The notes: generated by a model not told the origin, from the letters alone. A DNA stretch of 64,000 bases from Felis catus (GCF_018350175.1 NC_058368.1:224442001-224506000), one strand, 5' to 3'; shown: positions 39,694 through 52,519, counted from the first letter of the stretch. Translations and numbers: made by a program.

Positions 39694-40372
39694 ATATATA
39701 TATGTATATATTTCTGATAGTTCTAGGAGACTAGGAAGTCCGAGATCAAGGTGCTAGCTGGTTCATTTTCTGATGAGGCCTCCCTTCCTGACATACAGCT
39801 GTCAAAAAAAAGCGCCCTTTCTTATAATAATTCTATTATCAGGGTCACAACTCTATGACTTTTTTAACCTTTATAACCTCCATAAAGGTCCTATCTCTAA
39901 ATACAGCCATACTGAGGGTTAGGGATTCAAAATAACAGCCTGAATCCTCAGAATGTGACTCTATTTGAAAATAGGGTCTTTGCAGATCAGAATGTGACTC
40001 TATTTGAAAATGGGGTCTTTGCAGATGTAATGAGTTAATATTATGTCGTACTGGATTAAAGTTGTCCTTAAATCCCGTATGACCAGTGACTTCATCAGAG
40101 AAGACAGAGAGAGACACAGACACACAAAGAGAAATTGGAGACAGAAAGTGAAGTTATGCTGTTACAAACCCAAAGACCAAAGGAATCTAGGAATTCCTGA
40201 GAGTACAAGAAGGTAGGAAGAGGCAAGGAAGAGTTATTTCCTGGAAACTTCAAAGGGAGCATAGCCTACACTTTGATTGTTTATTTCTGGCTTCTAAAAC
40301 TCTGAAGGGAGAATTTAGTATTGTTTGAAGCTACCCTGTGGTCCTTTATTACAGAACCCAGGAAACTAATAC
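39552..40372. mobile_element. MLT1B/C-like LTR interrupted by an oppositely oriented MLT1A-like LTR
   Basis: Outer: GAATAGCATCTCCCCAAACTTCAT...CCTCAGAATGTGACTCTATTTGAAAATAGGGTCTTTGCAGAT...AGGAAACTAATACA. Confidence 0.85.
39590..39935. mobile_element. MLT1A-like LTR containing a (TA)n expansion
   Basis: TGTCTTAGTCTGCTCAGGTT...GGAAGTCCGAGATCAAGGTGCTAGC...CCTATCTCTAAATACAGCCATACTGAGGGTTAGGGATTCAA. Confidence 0.8.
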
Positions 40373-40619
40373 ACAAATATACAGTCACCTCATTTACCTT
40401 CTTTCTCTATGTGATCAGAACCATGCGTTGCCTAAGTTTAATATCTGGAAAAAAATTCTTTCTTATGTTTTGCTTAGTTTTCTTTTGGTTTAGAAAGAGG
40501 ACCAGTCTGATATGAGTTCCTCCATAATGACTGGAGACAGAACTTACACTGGGTATTCAGTTCTCCCCAGAAGTGTTTAAGAAGAAATATTGTCTCATGC
40601 TTTAACTAACAATATGTAT

Positions 40620-41160
40620 TATCATCATTTGTAATAATTACAAATTCAATATATGAGAGGTGTTTTATTTGGCATTTTTGCATCATCAGTGAGATAGAAC
40701 ATGCTTTCATATGGTTGTCATTTATATTTCTTTACTACCTATTTTCTATTGACATAATTAATCCATCTTTCCTGAATAGTTTCTCTCATTGATCACTAAG
40801 GTTTTTAGAGTTAAGAAAATTGTTTTATGTCATGTATATATAATATTTTTCTTCCAACATGGATTAAAAAAATTGTGGTTGGCCTATGTAGGAAAATGTT
40901 TATTTTATATAACAAACTTTACCCATATTTTCATTTTTTCCCTATAAGATATATGTCTTGATTATAAAAGTTTGTACATTTAAAAATATCATCTGTGGTT
41001 TCTGTATAATAGAGTTTAAATTCTATATTTAAAACTTTGATATGGTTGGGAATTACCGATATATAAAAAAAAAGCAAAGTTATCTCTATTTATTTTATAA
41101 TTAAGTATCCAGTTTCCCCAAACCCATTTTTGGGGAAAAACTTATCTTTTCCCTCTGGCC
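40620..41160 (-). mobile_element. Highly degraded L1ME-type fragment
   Basis: GTTTTATTTGGCATTTTTGCATCATCAGTGAGATAGAACATG; TATCCAGTTTCCCCAAACCCATTT. Confidence 0.55.
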
Positions 41161-42284
41161 TCATATAACTCGTGTCATTATTAGTGAAGCCACATACTTA
41201 ATCACTTGAAAAAATCTTCGCTGATTTGTCTTTGCATATTTTTGGGACCTGTTATATGTCGTCTGTGACCCTTCTCTTTGATTGAGAAGACCTTTGAATA
41301 TTTTAAGGATATTAAACTTTTAGTTGTTCTTTAGATGGTAATTATGTCACATGCTTTTATTTGCTCTTCAGCTTAGGTTAGTATAAGTATATTCTGAACA
41401 ACTTAGTTTTACCTAGTGAAAGTCATTGTGCTTGGCATGCTTGTCCAACCACGTTCCTTTTGCTGAAGTTCACCCTTGTTATCAGCTCTTCATGAACAAA
41501 CACAGTAATTATATAATGTAGAGCTAGATGTCTTTGGCATAAAGTTCCTGTCCTGTAGAGCCCAACGCGGATACACTGCCCATTCAAAGCCTTAGAAAAG
41601 GCAAAATTAGAATAAACAAAAGTAGAAAAGCGGAAGAGACCCCATGAGGAAACAACAAACCAAAATTCGTGGTATTTTTCATGGAAGACAAAGAAAAGCA
41701 TTGTCTACAGATCACCTAGCCATGCAGGAAGATAAAGATAGTGATTTCCTGACATTTATGTTTCCCCAAGATCTATCTTTTATTCCTGCATCTCATTTCT
41801 ATAAACTGTCCCTTTACCTTTTTATTAATTCTTATTTTAAATTTGAAAATGTCTGTGCAGTGCTCTGTTTTGTAGCTGTAGTCGTGGCGACCACGTGCAG
41901 GTATACAGTGTGTGCTCTGTCCAAGGGAATCTGGCCACAGAAAATGGGGAATAAATATTGTACTCTGTGCTATAGATCTCTGTCCTACTACTGGGAAAGT
42001 TTAGTAAATTTAAAAATTTACATAAAGGTTTTCTGTAGAGTGGCTGGTGATGAACATGATTCAATGAGACTTGGATGAAATGAAAATAAATATAAATAAT
42101 GAATCGTAATGAAGTGAGAATAGTGAAAAATAGTAAAAAAACAAACTGGTTTGCAAAGACTCCTTTCTATGTCTTGTAGTGAGAAAAGAGCTTCATAATA
42201 AATCACTTCCATTAATTTATACCCCTTTACCAGTAAAGGTGAGAGATTGGTGACATTTGTAGCCAATGATAAGAAGCTATGAGA

Positions 42285-42342
42285 GTGTATATATGTGTGT
42301 ATATATATATATATACATATATATACATATATATGTGTGTAC

Positions 42343-42387
<45 letters not shown>

Positions 42388-42391
42388 CGTG
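42285..42391. repeat. Compound (TA)n/(TG)n microsatellite
   Basis: Directly visible. Confidence 0.95.
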
Positions 42392-45129
42392 TCATTTATA
42401 CTAGACTTCAAAAGAACACAAATTCCTGAATTCCTGGCTAAATGCCCATTGGTAAAAGTTGATAATTATGCAAAATTATGAAATTCCATTTGTCTGAAGC
42501 AGAAAGTGAAACTATTGAAGAACAATTGCCAGGTTTTAAATGTGAGAACTAGCTAGGTACTTTTTTGACTGATAGTCAAAATCTGTGTTGCACTAGCTTT
42601 TTGAGACATAAATGCATGTATCTTTTCAAAGACAAAGAAGTTGGCAATTGGAATGGGAATGTAAGGGAGATATAAGAGATTCTGGCATCATGGGTCCTTA
42701 TTGGGTATTTCTTCTAGACCCAACTTTCCACCTCTTAGCACATTCTGACCCAGTGATGTTCACTCTCATTCTCGAGCTAAGGGAGGTTGGGAAATGGGGG
42801 TGATACGCAAATGTTCCTTGCATCTAGTCTCTGCCATTAGTTTCTAAACAGGACCCTGATGTGAGGACCATTAAGCGAGTAACAGCGCAGGAAGATGGAG
42901 TCCTGTGCCATATTGTTTCCAAGCGATAGAAGCCCATCAGTCATTTCCCTTCTGTACCAGATACAGCTGTTTAGAACAGGCAGTCTGTCAAGAATCAAGC
43001 AAGGAAATGGAATACTGCAGAACCATACCCCTTCTTGGTTTAAAATTTGTTGCCAAGCAGGATTCTGATAGAAATCTCACTGAAGCTTCAAGAAGGCCAT
43101 ATTGCAAGAAGACCCCATGACCTACTGAACGGGGGTATCTCTGATTATTCAAACATCTACAGCACAAAATCTTGTCCCTCCAAAAAGAAAGTCAGCAGTA
43201 CTTTGTTTAAGATGTCCTGGTACATCACATTATTTCCACGCAAGTGAATCCCTGATTTGTTGAGATTGTTGAGAAGAGATATCTCCGTAGCAGCCATTAA
43301 TAGTCAAAGCAGCAATTCTGAATATGGAAATCAGCTCATTAACTGGTAAGTGTATGAAAACTGATGTTCTAGGGTGGTAATTCACAATTACCTGACAATC
43401 CACAAGTGGCTTTCCTCAAAGGCTATCTTGCATTTGTAAGTTCTTAGCTCAGAGGAAGCAGAAGCTCTGATATGTTTGGTTACTGAAATTGAAATATGGT
43501 TGTATTTTGGAGAATTCTATATATCGTTTCTTTGTTTCATTTGTGTCTGTGTGTTTGTCTCTTATCACTGTAGTTCTATAGTAATATAGTTAATTATTGT
43601 TAGACATAGTACATATCAACATCATTTAATCAATAGATAGTAAGATGAGAATTATATACACCTAATACTAATTATAAGCCTGTCTCTTGTTATTACTGTG
43701 AAATCTGAAAGAAATGACCCCATGACATCAAAACCACATTTAGTAGGGGGATAAGACAGGTGTTACCTCTCATTCAGAAAGTTTGACTGTTGTAGTGAGT
43801 ACATATGCTAGAGTTGGTCAATATAGACAAAGCCTTTGGGGACTATATGTACAAACATAAAGTTACATGTTTCAGGTGGGAAAGATGTGAAGTGTAGTAG
43901 ATATGTTCAAAATATGTTATATTACTTAGATGTGCATTTGACTACATGTATCAAGTGTAAATATAGTTTGCAATTTGCTTATGCAAATGAGATTTACTAT
44001 AAATAGAAGTGAAGAGATGGGTGGTTCCAAGAAAATATAGTTGCTCAAGAAATCATCAAGGATTGAGGTTTCTAGCTTTATTCTTTGCCATATTTTTGAT
44101 CAGAAAAAAACAATCTTCCTAGGACCATCCAGTAAACTTCTGTTTACTTTTGTCAGAAATGTTTCATGTGCCTGTAGCTATCTCCAAAGAATCTTTAGAA
44201 AGATGAGTTTATTTTCAGTGCTCTCCACCCCTCAAAATTAGAATTTGGTCACTAAGGTAAAAGAGAAGTTGGGACATTGTTTTAGGAGATGAACAGCACT
44301 TGCCATATTTCATAACAGCAGTCTCTTTGAGAACTCTTTGTTTTATATTAATAAACCCTGCAGAATTAGTTTAGAGGGTCATAGCTCTATCATAGGATGC
44401 CACCTAATGTAAGCTGGACACACCATATCATTCTTGACAGATTTTTTTTAACAAATCAAAAAGGGCCTGCAAATTTTGTGAGTCAGGCTGCACATTAAAG
44501 TAGTGCTAGGTGTGGAGACATCATGTAGCCAGTAAGATTATTCGTTAAACAAATAAGTTAAGTTAAAAGAGTAAAATTTGAAGGTGTGGAAGCACTACTG
44601 CAGAAAGGAATATGGAGTAGACATTTTTGGAGAGCAGGGATGAGTAACCATATCATCCCTAAGAAAGGGAAGACAGCACTGCAACATTCATTTTCAGTTG
44701 GACATGTTGTGGTTAATTTCAATGACGTTACGTTATCAACTAATTATTCAGCCATATTCTTCAGGTATTCAACAATTGTATTTGGCTTACTTGTTAAACA
44801 TCAACTTCACATTATTCTCTACGATATACTTATTGTTTTTTAAATGCTTCAATTTTTTTCTTTCTGTGTTCTCCTGACATAGTCCTTCGTTTTACTTATT
44901 TATTATCATATCTATTTCAAACATAATATTTCTGTTATACAATCAAAAAAGGCATTGGGTTCTCACCATTCTTCATTTTCAAACTATAAAAAGTGTTACT
45001 ATTTGAGTATTTTCCCAAATAAAGAAAAAGGATTCTTATGTCAATCTATTAAAATTTCCAAAGATATTTTATTCAAATGTTCTGAAATTTGTCAATAATT
45101 TTGGAAGGGGAATGGAAAATTTTAAATTA

Positions 45130-45370
45130 GGGACACCTGGGTGGCTCAGTCGGTCAAGCGTCCAACTTTGGCTCAGGTCACAATCTTACAGTTCATGAGT
45201 TCAAGCCCCACATCAGGCTCTGTGCTGACAGCTCAGAGCCTGGAGCCTGCTTTGGATTCTCTGTCTCCCTCTCCCTCTGCCCCTTCCCTGCTCATTCGCT
45301 GTCTTTCTCTCTTTCTCTCAAAAATAACAAAATTACAAAATGTAAAAAAAATAAAATAAAATAAATAATT
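45130..45370 (+). mobile_element. CAN-SINE
   Basis: GGGACACCTGGGTGGCTCAGTCGGTCAAGCG head, A-rich tail. Confidence 0.95.
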
Positions 45371-45384
45371 AAAATTGAGTTCTC

Positions 45385-46765
45385 CCTCACAAAAATAAAC
45401 TCAAAATGGATCATAGAACTAAAGGTAAACTTCAAAACTATAAAATTCCTAGAAAATACATAGGATAAAATGTCCATGACCTTGGATATGGTGATGACTT
45501 TATAGACACACCAGAAGCACAGTCCATGAAAGAATTGGCAAGCTGGATTTCACCACAATTAAACATTTCTGCTCTGTGAAAGGCAATGTCAAGAGAATGA
45601 GAAGACAAGCCACAGCTTGGGAGAAAATATATGAAAAAGACACATCTGATAGAATACTGTTATCCAAATTATACCAAGAACTCTTAAAATTCAACAGTAA
45701 GAAACAAATAGCCTGATTTAAAAAATGAGCCAAAGACTCTCACAGATGCCTCACCAAAGAAGATCTTCGGATGGTGAAAGGCATATGAAATATGCCCTAC
45801 ATCATGTATCATCAAGGAGGCACAAATCAAAATAACACTTCGATAGTGCCACACACTATGAGAATGGCCAAAATCCAGAGCACTGACAACACCAAAAGCT
45901 GGTGATACCTTATTCACTGCTGGTGAAAATGCAAAACGGAACAGCCACTTTGGAATACAATTTGGAGGTTTCCTACAAAATCATTCTCTTACCGTGTGAC
46001 CCAGCAATTCCACTCCTTGGTATATACTCAAAGCATTTGAAAATTTATGTCCACACAAAAATTTTGTGCACGGATGTTTATAGAAGCTTTATTCATAATT
46101 GCCAAACTCAGAAGCAACCAAAATGCCCCTCAGTAGTTGAATAGCTAAATAAACTGTTGTACATCCAATGAGTGAGTACTCTTTAGTGCTAAAAAGAAAT
46201 GAAATATCAAGCCATGAAAAGACATTCAGGACCCTTATATACACTTACTAGAAGAAAGAAGCCAATTGGAAAAGGCTATACTCTATTATTCCACTCATAT
46301 AATATTCTTGCTGTGACAAAACTATGGAGCCAATAAAAAATCAGTGGTTGCCAGCAATTAGGGGAGGGATGGATAGATAGAGCAAGAGGTCTTTTAGGAC
46401 AGTGAAACTATCCAGTTTGGTACCATAATGATAAATACATGTTGTTATACACAAATCCAGACCCCCCAGACTCTACCTCACCAAGAGTGAATCCTAATGT
46501 AAACTGTGGACTTTGGGTGATAACAATGCATCAGTATAGGTTCACCAGTTGGAATAAAGACACCACTCTGGTGAGGGATATTGATAGTGGGGGAGATCAT
46601 GCATATGTGAATGCAAAGAATATATAGGAAATATCTAAGAATAGATAATATATAGAATATATATTAAATATATAGAACATATAGGATAAATACATAGAAT
46701 ATATAGGAAATAGGAAATATTCCTTTTAATTTTGCTGTGAACCTAAGTCTGCTACAAAAAAAAAA
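45385..46765 (+). mobile_element. L1MC1/2-like 3' end (ORF2 C-terminus + 3' UTR + poly-A)
   Basis: CACAAAAATAAACTCAAAATGGATCATAGA; GACCCAGCAATTCCACTCCTTGGTAT (ORF track PCDPAIPLLGIY is an L1 ORF2 C-terminal motif); CCTAATGTAAACTGTGGACTTTGGGTGATAA; TTTTGCTGTGAACCTAA. Confidence 0.9.
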
Positions 46766-46849
46766 TATTTTTTTTATTGAATTCTCCCTTTAAGGAAAAT
46801 GGCATTTATTTGCATGTTTACTCAAATCCTAAGTAAAGTTATACAGTTC

Positions 46850-46894
46850 TTTTGTTTTTGTTTTGTTTTGTTTTGTTTTGTTTTGTTTTGTTTT
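46850..46894. repeat. (TTTTG)n microsatellite
   Basis: Directly visible. Confidence 0.95.
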
Positions 46895-47499
46895 GATTGT
46901 GGGGCGGGGGTGTCCTGCACAGTCTTTTGAAAAATGTTTAATTTAATTGGTATTTTCAACAATCCATTTTCCCACAAAATATTTGTTCCTATTATTTTGT
47001 GGTATGTTCTGATTGAACTTGTTCAAAAATCAGAGAATTATTAAATCTTTGTGAATTCTGATTTTAATAGGCATATCTGTTTCTGCATTCAGATTGTGAG
47101 ATATTGGTTAGAGATTAGTATTTTATATGATGTTAAGAGAGCGTCCCCTTGTTCATAATTTGTTGAAGGTGTATATTCTTAAACTTATTAAATGCATCTT
47201 ACGCATATATATTCACTTGTATGTGAGATAATATGTAATATCTATTTCTGTGTCTTTTTATTCTAATATTTTAACAGGAATCCTTAAATACAGACACAGG
47301 CGCATACATATTTTGGCTCTCTGTTGTCAGGCACATACACATTGTGGATTGCTGTGTCTCCTTCTTATGTAATACCTTCTTTTCCCTGAAAATTTTCCTT
47401 GCTCTGAAGCCTGCTCTGTCTGAAATGAGTATAGTGATTCCAGCTTTCTTTTCATTTAGTGTCAGTGTGATGTACCCTTCTCTATTCATTAACCTTTTA

Positions 47500-47725
47500 T
47501 TTTTCTTTTGAGCTTATTTTATTTATTTTCAAAGAGAGAGAGAGAGAGAGCATGTGCACAAGCAGGGGTGGGGCAGAGAGAGAGGGAGAGAGAGAAGCCC
47601 AGGCAGACTCCTCAGCATTGTCGGTGCAGAGCCTGATGTGGGGCTGAAACCCACGAACCATAAGATCATGCCCTGAGCTGAAATCAAGAGTCGATGCTTA
47701 ACCAACTGATCCACCTAGGTAGCCC
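47500..47725 (-). mobile_element. CAN-SINE (older type)
   Basis: (GA)n, CTGAGCTGAAATCAAGAGTCGATGCTTAACC. Confidence 0.92.
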
Positions 47726-48645
47726 TTCATCCGTTTATTTTTAGTCTTCATATTTAAAGTGGGTTTATTGTAGACAACATGTTGTTGTGTCTTATTTTTC
47801 TACCCATTCTGACAATCTCCGGTTTTTCATTGGTGCCATGAATTTTTTGAAATTCTTGGTCCTTATTGCTTCAAAACATATGTTCATTCCTCTTTTCTCC
47901 TTCTGGCATTGGTATTATCATGTGTTACATCTTCTGTCCTTGCCCCATGCCTTGTTCTCGATGTCCTGTTTCTGTCTTCCTTTTTTTTTTCTGTTTTTCT
48001 TTTCTTTTTTTTTTCTCTTTGCTTTTTAGTTTGGAAACTTCTATTAGCATAACCTGAAACTCAGACTCCTCCCTCTGCAATGCCCAGTGTAATAGTGAGC
48101 CCATCAGAACACGTTTTTTCATTTCTCTTACAGTTTTTTTTATTTCACTCATTTCTTTGTGATGTTATTTAAAATTTCCATTTCTTTATTTGCATCACAC
48201 ATATGTTCTTGCATGTTGTCTGATTTTCCATTATAGTACTTAACATATTAAACCTGGTTATTAAATTCCTGGGTCTGATAACCCCACATCTTTGCCATAT
48301 TTTAGTGTGATTCTGAAGATTACTCTGTCTCTTCGAACTATGATTTTGTCTTTTAGTATGCATTGTTATTTATTCTTGATAACTCTACACGATGTACTGG
48401 GTAAAAGGAACTCTGGTTAATAGGTTTTGGGGGGGTATGGTTAGAAGGTATGTTGGGAGGGGAAACATCCTCTAGTATCATAAGTAGGTTTCTGTCTCAG
48501 TGAGCCCTACTTCTGAGTTGTGAACTTCCAAAGTGCTTCTCACTACTCCATCCCCCTGCCCCTGCTTAGGTGGGAAAGGATGGCTAGCAGGGGTGGAGGG
48601 TGGGGGGAGTACTTGCTCACCCAAGCTGGTCAGGTTCTGACAAAC

Positions 48646-48847
48646 CTTTATTTTTTTCTTAGATGTATTTATTTTGAGAAACAGTGCAAGTGGGGCAGGG
48701 ACAGAGAGAGAGTTGAGAGAAAGAATCTCAAGCAGGGTCCACAATGTCAGCGCAGAACCCAATGGGGGTCTTGAACTCATGTGAGATCATGACCCGAGAC
48801 AAAACCAAGGGTCAAATGCTTAACTGACTGAGCGACTCAGGTGCCCC
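48646..48847 (-). mobile_element. CAN-SINE (older type)
   Basis: ATGCTTAACTGACTGAGCGACTCAGGTGCCCC. Confidence 0.92.
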
Positions 48848-49417
48848 TTTGATGAAACCTTTTTGGTCAGGCTCTGATAAACAGCTTCTCTTTAGGGTAG
48901 GCCTTGCTAAGGACAGACTACTTTGGGCATATTTCAGAATAACTGCTTTTCCCTTCTTCTGGGGGGCAGCATGGGGGCCTTTCCTCTGATCTTCACTGTG
49001 AAAACCTGGTAGTGATCCTGGGGGTAAAACTCACACAAGTGTGAGGAACTCTTTCTAGAGTGGACACCGCTGGGGACGGAGTAGCTCTCAGATTTACACC
49101 CTGAGTCTACAGCAATGCGTGAATCACAGCTCAGATCCTACCCCTACCCTGATCCCCACAGAGGTTTCTGTTCCACTAAGTTGTGATTCCGTGTGTCTGT
49201 CTTTCCGATTTGGGGCATAGCAGTTTCCCCCGTGATCTTAATTTTCTGACAGGTTTGAGAAAAACTTAATGTTCAGTTTGTTCAGATTTTTTTTTACTCT
49301 TCAGATAGAATGATAATTTTCAAGCTCTTTATACGCTGGAGCAGAAGCTGGAAGCCGATTTTTCCTTAATGAGCCTCTACGACGTGAATATGTTTCTTAA
49401 ATATGTTCATGGTATCT

Positions 49418-49478
49418 CTTCTTTTTTAATGTTTATTTACTTTGAGAGACAGAGAGAGAGTGCAAGTGGGCGAGGGAC

Positions 49479-49519
<41 letters not shown>

Positions 49520-49645
49520 CCCAAGCAGGATCCGAGGAGCTGTCATCACAGAGCCCCGCGGGCTCATTGCCACAAACGAGGAGGTCATGACCTGAGCAGA
49601 AACCGAGAATCAAACACTCTACCAACTGAGCCACCCAGGAGCCCC
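49418..49645 (-). mobile_element. CAN-SINE with long (GA)n
   Basis: Imperfect TSD GTTCATGGTATCT / GTTCACAGTATCT. Confidence 0.92.
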
Positions 49646-49663
49646 AGTTCACAGTATCTTTTT

Positions 49664-49893
49664 TTTTTTTTTTAATTTTTTTAACATTTATTTATTTTTT
49701 TTATTTTTGGGACAGAGAGAGACAGAGCATGAACGGGGGAGGGTCTGAGAGAGAGGGAGACACAGAATCGGAAACAGGCTACAGGCTCTGAGCCATCAGC
49801 CCAGAGCCTGACGTGGGGCTCGAACTCCCGGACCGCGAGATCGTGACCTGGCTGAAGTCGGACGCTTAACCGACTGCGCCACCCAGGCGCCCC
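49664..49893 (-). mobile_element. Very young CAN-SINE (SINEC_Fc, GTGGCGCAG/CAGCCAGG variant)
   Basis: Perfect TSD CACAGTATCTTTTT at 49650-49663 and 49894-49907; long T tract; CpGs retained. Confidence 0.97.
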
Positions 49894-50192
49894 CACAGTA
49901 TCTTTTTAAAAAATGTCCTGTTATATGTTCTTGGGCAAACCACGCAGGAAGAAAAAATTCAGCAACATGTATTAAAAAAAAAAAGACACATGTCCTTTAA
50001 TACACCAACAATTTCCCTGACAGCTAGCATCTTACTTTACTAAAGCATAGCTCCAGGAAAATATTTTTAAAATATGATTATTGAGATTATAGGTCACTTT
50101 GGCCAAATTTAAATTCAAATGTTTGCAACTTTCATATACCTAAACTTAGTCCAACAATTGTTTTGGTTATAAGGTACATGCATTTAGCACAT

Positions 50193-50223
50193 ACACACAC
50201 ACACACACACACACACTCACACA
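50193..50223. repeat. (CA)n microsatellite
   Basis: Directly visible. Confidence 0.9.
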
Positions 50224-51254
50224 TGATTTGTGATATATATTGAGTTTTAATCTTGGATTATTTTAGTTTTTTGTTAGTTTGATGATATTAAGAGATTCTA
50301 AAGTGATAAATCAAAACTATTTCATATGCAAGTATTTAATTTTAAGTGCAGGAAGATAATTATATGCTAGTTATTTAAAATATCCAGAATATTAATGCTA
50401 CCCATAATGTCTCTAATCAAGCACTTAGCAATGGCACATCCTGAGTGGTGATATGGAAGGCAGAACAACCTGGATTAACATCTGGGGAGAGACACGGCAG
50501 CAAATATGGATAGGTTCAGCCTACCTCTTGAACGTTGTGCCAGAGTTACATTGAAAATAAAAGGACACAATAATTATTATCTTTTGCCAATAAGCAAACA
50601 TTCAACTGATAAAACATTTAAAAAAGTCGATATATTGAAACTACTTTGGGTAGAGAAATCTCCCTCTCTCTTTCTCAGTCTCTTTCACATACCGTTTCTT
50701 TTTCACAAGGTTATCTCTTTACTTACTTTTCGCATTTTTCTTCTATGGTTGATTGGCTTGGCCTTTCTTCCGGTCTGTATGTATCTCTTATTATCTGATG
50801 CCTGCTTACTTATAACTATTTCCTTATAAATGTATCTTACCATGACCCTTCGTTGGATTGACTCCAGCACTTTTTTTGTCCTATTCACTCTTTTATGTCC
50901 AGCGCCTATTGTCAAATGTGTCATTTCATTCATATTTTCCAGTTTTAGTTCGTGAGCGCAAAAATATAATTTACCCAGATTAATTTTGGTGCTCATTTCA
51001 TCACCTATTTTGTTAATCTGCATAATTTGTTTTTTATTCACAATTCAACTTCCAGTCAAATCAGTCATATCCAGAATCATCATGGCGTTGATTTTTCAGG
51101 TAAAAGATTATGGGAGATTGAAACAAGATGTCGCCAGAGAAGATGGAGCAAAGCAGAGGAGACACCTGTGATAATGGCCTAACATTGTCAAGACTTACTA
51201 TAAAATTGAAAATTAGGGTGTTTATATCAAACATGGTCAATAACTCACTGTTTT

Positions 51255-51448
51255 CTTCCTTCCTCCCTCCCTCCCTTCCTTCCTTCCTTCCTTCCTTCCT
51301 TCCTTCCTTCCTTCGTTCCTTCCTTCCTTCTTTCCTTCCTTCCTTCCTTCCTTCGTTCCTTCATTCCTCCCTTCCTTCTTTCCTTCCTTCCTTTCTTTCC
51401 TTTCTTGCCTTTTCTTGCTTTTTTACTTTCCTTCTTTCTTTCTTCCTT
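51255..51448. repeat. (TTCC)n polypyrimidine tract
   Basis: About 190 bp of almost pure pyrimidines. Confidence 0.95.
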
Positions 51449-51459
51449 ATAACCCAGCA

Positions 51460-52050
51460 TATGGCAGTGCCTTTTACTGGAAACAGGCGCAAGAACCGAT
51501 GTGGTTCAAGAGGGTGAAATAAAGAGTTCAGATTTAGATTTACTAAATTTGTGATCCTATTAAACATCCAAATTGACCTGCCAAGTAGGCAGATTTCCCA
51601 GGAGAGATTTCAGATATGTATTTGAAGTCAAACACAAAATATATTATTTAAAGTCATGGGAAGGGACAAAAGGGGAGAGTTAGAAGCTTTTTTAAAGGTG
51701 CAGAAACTGGCCGTAAGGGCACTCTTAAATTTAAAGAGAAGAAACATCCAGAACAGGAAACTGAGATTAAATGCTCATGGAATTTCCAAGGAAATCAAGA
51801 AGCAAGGAAGGGGAATATAGCTGTCTGCAGTTGGAAGTTCTGGAATTTGTAAAGTAATGAGAATACAACGGTCTTCATTGAACTTCATCACATAGAGGTC
51901 ATTAATGACCACACAATATGTAGATTTCTGGAGTAGTGAGGCGGTAACAAGATTGCTGTGTGCTAAAAGTGAACTAAAGTAAGAAATTAGAAACAAGAGA
52001 GCAGGTGCAGTTGTTTTGAAAAGTTTTATTGTGAAGGAGAGCAGATAAGA
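51460..52050 (-). mobile_element. L2 fragment including reverse-transcriptase relic
   Basis: Minus frame KSTYCVVINDLYVMKFNEDRCILITLQ resembles L2 RT STETALVKVTNDLHVAKSNGQFSVLILLD; nucleotide motif CTATTAAACATCCAA...AGTAGGCAG. Confidence 0.75.
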
Positions 52051-52064
52051 GAGTTCATGATTGT

Positions 52065-52420
52065 TATGATGCTTTTGGCTGCTGGTAACATAAAAACCAA
52101 GTAAAAGAAGCTTAACTATAAAGAAAATTAAAAGAAGCTTAAGCATTAACGGAAACACTATTTGGAAACAGATTCCTGGAAGGAGAGGGTCTATAGCGTG
52201 GCAAATTAGTGGCTCAAACATTGAGACTTGAATTATTTACAGCTCTTTGCCCAAATAATTTCGACAGGTAAACTGCTCTGTGTCTACAGATGGGCAGTGG
52301 CATCCCAAAGTGTAGCACAGTCTCACAGAGACACCTCTCCTGGTTTGCTCTTGGGAAAGCAAGTAACTATTTCTCCACCTTCCAGGACAGATTTTTTCAT
52401 ATTCTATTGACCACATCTGT
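52065..52420. mobile_element. Old MaLR LTR (MLT1K/L-like) fragment
   Basis: GATGCTTTTGGCTGCTGGTAACATAAAAACC...TTAGTGGCTCAAACA...AGATGGGCAGTGGCATCCC. Confidence 0.5.
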
Positions 52421-52519
52421 GGCGCTTGGCTTATTAGATATTTTCTTTTTTCATTTTATGGGTTGCCTGTTAATTGATAGCATGCTTTCATGCAAATGAG
52501 ATTAATATTTATTGATTTT

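Larger units (their letters stand above)
47270..49360 (-). mobile_element. Degraded L1M 5' part (ORF2 endonuclease start, ORF1, 5' UTR)
   Basis: Minus ORF at 47271-47489 contains KKAGITILISD, resembling the L1 EN motif KKAGVAILISD; ORF1-like coiled-coil remnants at 47925-48363. Confidence 0.8.

Noticed and set aside
42018..42481. YIYI-rich ORFs (also 33832-34145)
   Set aside because: Artefacts of (TA)n/(TG)n microsatellites
42852..42929. Peptide DPDVRTIKRVTAQEDG, loosely like the IKRV motif of signal peptidases
   Set aside because: The similarity covers only a few residues, the frame closes quickly, and there are no supporting exons
46615..46720. AGAATATATAGGA-like repeated tract
   Set aside because: Local slippage expansion inside the L1MC 3' UTR
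51128..51567. ORFs with PSFL or GRKE repeats
   Set aside because: Artefacts of the (TTCC)n tract
43981..52503. Identical 14-mer ATGCAAATGAGATT (octamer-containing) at 43981 and 52490
   Set aside because: Several repeated 14-mers are expected by chance in 64 kb of AT-rich DNA
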